Origin: Candidatus Latescibacterota bacterium
GTDB lineage: Bacteria > Latescibacterota > UBA2968 > UBA8231
Length of the DNA stretch: 64,000 nucleotides
NCBI GenBank assembly: GCA_965248265.1
Contig: CBDFJF010000002.1
Coordinates: forward strand, 3,040,001 to 3,104,000
Direction: 5' to 3'
The translations under genes were made by a program, and so were the position numbers. A model generated the notes under the pieces. That model saw only the letters and a program-made list of their open reading frames with translations, was not told where the DNA came from and searched no databases. Positions within the stretch are counted from its first letter, which is position 1; every line of letters starts with the position of its first letter. Below, piece after piece: positions 60,372 through 64,000 of the stretch.

Positions 60372-63300
60372 ATGCCGAAACGAACAGACATACAACGAAT
60401 CATGTTGATCGGTTCTGGACCGATCGTCATCGGCCAGGCCTGTGAGTTCGATTACTCCGGTACCCAGGCCTGTAAAGCCCTGCGGGAAGAGGGCTATGAG
60501 ATTGTGCTCGTCAACAGCAATCCGGCCACGATCATGACGGACCCCGACACAGCGGATCGCACCTATATCGAACCGATAACGGCAGCTGTCTGTGAGAAGA
60601 TCATCGAACGCGAGCGTCCGCAGGCCATCCTTCCAACGGTGGGTGGCCAGACGGGGCTCAACACCGCGGTCGAATTGGCGAAAGGCGGCGTGTTGGAGCG
60701 CTACGGAGTCGAGCTCATCGGAGCCCAGTTGGACGCCATCGAGACGGCGGAAGACCGCGAGCTATTCAAGAAGGCCATGGACGATATCGGCCTGGAGATG
60801 CCGTCCGGCTTCTTCGTCCACTCATTCGAACAAGCCGAAGAGAAACAGAAATCGCTGGGGTTTCCGGTGATCGCGCGGCCCTCCTTTACTCTCGGGGGAT
60901 CGGGTGGAGGCATCGCCTACAACAGTGAAGAGTTCGAGCGCGTCGTACGTCACGGTCTCGATTTGAGTCCGATATCTGAGATCTTGATCGAGACCTCCGT
61001 GATCGGTTGGAAGGAGTACGAGCTCGAAGTGATGCGCGATCTCAACGACAACGTCGTCATCATCTGCTCCATCGAAAACATCGATCCGATGGGTGTGCAC
61101 ACCGGTGACAGCATTACCGTGGCGCCGGCGCAGACGCTCAGCGACAAGGAATATCAGGTCATGCGCGACGCGGCCATCCGGGTCATCAGGCGCATCGGCG
61201 TGGACACCGGGGGATCGAACATTCAATTCGCCGTCGATCCCAAAAGCGGTCGCATGGTCGTCATCGAGATGAATCCGAGGGTGTCGCGTTCATCTGCGCT
61301 GGCTTCCAAAGCGACCGGCTTCCCGATAGCCAAGATCGCCGCCAAGTTGGCCGTCGGCTACACCTTGGATGAGATTCCCAACGACATTACCCGCGAGACG
61401 CCCGCTTCCTTCGAACCCACGATCGATTACGTCGTCACCAAGATCCCACGATTCGCTTTCGAGAAATTCCCCGAGACCCCGGATGCGCTCGACACCCAGA
61501 TGAGGTCGGTGGGTGAGACGATGGCCATCGGGAGGACCTTCCACGAGTCCTTCCAGAAGGGGATGAGATCTCTGGAAGTCGGCAGTGCCGGCTGGGGTGG
61601 AGATGGAAAGGAACCCGATCCTACTCGAGTCTCAGACAAAGAGCTGCGTGAAAAGCTGGTGACACCGACCTCACAACGTCTGCTCTACGTCAAAACCGCC
61701 ATGGTCAAGGGGTTTTCGATCGAAGAGATCTACAAGCTGTCGGGTATCGATCCCTGGTTCCTGGATCGGATGTACGAAATCTACGAAGTAGAGCGCGAAC
61801 TCACAGACGCGGCCGATGTCCTGGAGAACCCGGAGCTCTTGCGCCGGGCCAAGCGTCACGGATTCAGCGACCGGCAGCTGGCATTCCTGTGTGACCGGGA
61901 GGAGCGTGAGGTGCGTCAGAGCCGCGAGGCACTGGGTGTCCACCCCGTCTTCAAGACCGTGGACACCTGCGCGGCAGAATTCGAAGCCTTCACGCCGTAC
62001 CACTACTCGACGTATGAACGCGAGACCGAATCCGTGTCCAGTGATCGTGAGAAAATCATGATCCTGGGCGGCGGTCCCAATCGCATCGGCCAGGGTATTG
62101 AGTTCGACTACTGCTGCGTCCACGCCTGCTTCGCGCTGCGCGAAGATGGGCTTGAGACGATCATGGTCAACAGCAACCCAGAGACGGTGAGCACGGATTA
62201 CGATACAGCGGACAAGCTCTACTTCGAGCCACTGACGGTCGAAGACGTCCTCAACATCACCCGCATCGAGCAACCTGATGGCGTCATTGTCCAGTTCGGT
62301 GGCCAGACGCCCTTGAACCTGGCGCTGCAACTGGAGGGAGCCGGGGTCAAGATTATCGGCACCTCACCCCAGAGCATCGACCTGGCGGAGGATCGCGAAC
62401 GCTTCGGAAATCTTCTCATCGACCTCGGTATCCGCCAGCCGGAAAATGGCATGGCTCGCGACCTGGACGAGGCCCGGCAGATCACAGACCGCATCGGATA
62501 CCCTGTGCTGGTGCGGCCTTCCTACGTCTTGGGTGGACGCGCCATGGTGACCGTCTACGACGCGGCGAAACTCGAAACCTACATGGAGACGGCCATCTCG
62601 GTTTCTCCAGAACATCCAGTGCTAATCGACCGCTTCCTGGAAGGGGCACAGGAGTTTGATGTCGACGCGGTCGCCGACGGCACCGATGTCGTCATCGGCG
62701 GTATCATGCAACATATCGAGCACGCCGGGGTGCATTCCGGTGACAGCGCCTGCGTTATGCCGCCGTATGACATAACCGAAGAGAATCTGAAGCTCCTAAG
62801 TGAGTACACCTGCACGTTGGCACGCACGCTGGACGTGGTCGGATTGATGAACGTGCAATACGCCATCCACGATGGCATCATTTACGTGTTGGAGGTCAAC
62901 CCCAGGGCTTCACGAACGGTTCCGTTTGTCAGCAAGGCGACGGGTCGTCCGCTCGCCAAGATCGCTGCCAGGGCCATGACGGGTAAGAGTCTTAGCTCGC
63001 AAGGCGTCACGGACACCATGGTACCTGAACACATCTCGGTTAAGGAAGCGGTGTTACCATTCAACAAGTTCCCGGGTGCCGATGGCATCTTGGGCCCGGA
63101 AATGAAATCGACGGGTGAGGTGATGGGTATGGGTTCGAGTTTCGGCGAGGCCTTCCACAAGGCACAGATGGGGGCTGGATCTTCATTGCCCACCAGTGGA
63201 CGGGTGTTCATCAGCGTCAACGACAGCGACAAGGAGGGTGTGGTGCCCATCGCCCGGCAGCTCAAGGAGTCGGGTTTCGATCTTGTCGCGACGCAGGGGA

Positions 63301-63593
63301 CTCTTGACTTCCTGGCAACGCACAGCATCACTGCGGAGCGGATCCTCAAGCTTCATGAGGGCCGTCCACACGTCGAGGACGCGATCAAAAGTCATGACAT
63401 CGACCTAGTAGTGAACTCTCCATTGGATGAGCAGTCACAATATGACGATGTCGCCGTGCGTCGCGCGGCCATCATGAACGGCATCCCCTACACGACCACC
63501 CTGTCCGCTGCGCGAGCTGCTGCCGCTGGGATTGCCGCCTTACAGAGCTCGGAGTTGAGCGTGCGTGCTGTCCAGGACTACCACGCCGGCTGA
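60372..63593 (+). CDS. carB: Carbamoyl-phosphate synthase large subunit
   Basis: MPKRTDI...[17 protein letters not shown], duplicated ATP-grasp domains, MGS domain. Confidence 0.99.
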   Translation: MPKRTDIQRIMLIGSGPIVIGQACEFDYSGTQACKALREEGYEIVLVNSNPATIMTDPDTADRTYIEPITAAVCEKIIERERPQAILPTVGGQTGLNTAVELAKGGVLERYGVELIGAQLDAIETAEDRELFKKAMDDIGLEMPSGFFVHSFEQAEEKQKSLGFPVIARPSFTLGGSGGGIAYNSEEFERVVRHGLDLSPISEILIETSVIGWKEYELEVMRDLNDNVVIICSIENIDPMGVHTGDSITVAPAQTLSDKEYQVMRDAAIRVIRRIGVDTGGSNIQFAVDPKSGRMVVIEMNPRVSRSSALASKATGFPIAKIAAKLAVGYTLDEIPNDITRETPASFEPTIDYVVTKIPRFAFEKFPETPDALDTQMRSVGETMAIGRTFHESFQKGMRSLEVGSAGWGGDGKEPDPTRVSDKELREKLVTPTSQRLLYVKTAMVKGFSIEEIYKLSGIDPWFLDRMYEIYEVERELTDAADVLENPELLRRAKRHGFSDRQLAFLCDREEREVRQSREALGVHPVFKTVDTCAAEFEAFTPYHYSTYERETESVSSDREKIMILGGGPNRIGQGIEFDYCCVHACFALREDGLETIMVNSNPETVSTDYDTADKLYFEPLTVEDVLNITRIEQPDGVIVQFGGQTPLNLALQLEGAGVKIIGTSPQSIDLAEDRERFGNLLIDLGIRQPENGMARDLDEARQITDRIGYPVLVRPSYVLGGRAMVTVYDAAKLETYMETAISVSPEHPVLIDRFLEGAQEFDVDAVADGTDVVIGGIMQHIEHAGVHSGDSACVMPPYDITEENLKLLSEYTCTLARTLDVVGLMNVQYAIHDGIIYVLEVNPRASRTVPFVSKATGRPLAKIAARAMTGKSLSSQGVTDTMVPEHISVKEAVLPFNKFPGADGILGPEMKSTGEVMGMGSSFGEAFHKAQMGAGSSLPTSGRVFISVNDSDKEGVVPIARQLKESGFDLVATQGTLDFLATHSITAERILKLHEGRPHVEDAIKSHDIDLVVNSPLDEQSQYDDVAVRRAAIMNGIPYTTTLSAARAAAAGIAALQSSELSVRAVQDYHAG

Positions 63594-63627
63594 GTTTCGG
63601 GCAATCTCCGACCACAGGTTCTAGCAT

Positions 63628-64000
63628 ATGGGGCGACGACGACCCTTCTTCTGCTCAAATCGGGCTCTCTTCATGTGGGCATTGTGCTCTTTGAGCTTCG
63701 CCTCGTGCGTTTACTTCAATACCTATTACAACGCTCAGAAGTATTTTCGCCAGGCAGAAAAAGCTCGGCTGGAGGAGGAAGAGACGACCCGGGGAAGCCG
63801 CCGCAACAGCCAGATCGGCGGCCGTAAATCCCCGATTGGAGAGCAGGCAACCAGCACCAGACGGTCTCAAGGTCGGGGTAGACGGCCCGCATCCTCGGCT
63901 AAGCTCTACGAGAAGGCGGTCGAAAAGGCCTCAGCGGTTCTGGAAGAGTACAAGGACAGCGATCTCATAGATGATGCCATGTTTCTGGCTGGTCGGGCAC
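63628..64000 (+). CDS. TPR lipoprotein, partial (runs off the window)
   Basis: Lipobox FASC then VYFNTYYNAQKYF...LYEKAVEKASAVLEEYKDSDLIDDAMFLAGRA. Not in the ORF track because it has no stop. Confidence 0.75.
   Translation, partial: MGRRRPFFCSNRALFMWALCSLSFASCVYFNTYYNAQKYFRQAEKARLEEEETTRGSRRNSQIGGRKSPIGEQATSTRRSQGRGRRPASSAKLYEKAVEKASAVLEEYKDSDLIDDAMFLAGRA

Noticed and set aside
60372-63593. carB without adjacent carA
   Set aside because: Separated carA and carB genes are common.

Overview
GC-rich bacterial DNA. The gene styles suggest an uncultured lineage such as Latescibacterota, but this is inference only. The window has two parts. (1) About 1-34,783 is accessory DNA: two tandem islands, each ending in a copy of a tRNA-Thr(TGT) 3' end (27,852-27,899 and 34,762-34,783). 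They carry a Cu(I)-ATPase, a hydrolase cassette, an orphan chemoreceptor, a DUF433/DUF5615 toxin-antitoxin pair, two apparently identical IS630 copies and many sharply truncated gene fragments. (2) About 34,823-64,000 is core-like: an MFS transporter, a hybrid kinase, dnaK behind a sigma54-type promoter, uvrB, 2-oxoacid/acetoin dehydrogenase E1 alpha/beta, a sulfite/nitrite reductase with ferredoxin, galU, an Nramp/CinA-nucleotidyltransferase/M20/nnr operon and carB. The top finding is that ORFs 2153..3886 and 1064..2134 (minus strand) are one reading frame broken only by an in-frame TGA, which is followed by a bacterial SECIS-like hairpin. This predicts a 940-aa secreted selenoprotein: FG-GAP propeller, Sec, ASPIC/UnbV domain, then a TlpA CxxC thioredoxin domain. 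All family calls come from motif recognition by eye; no database searches were run.
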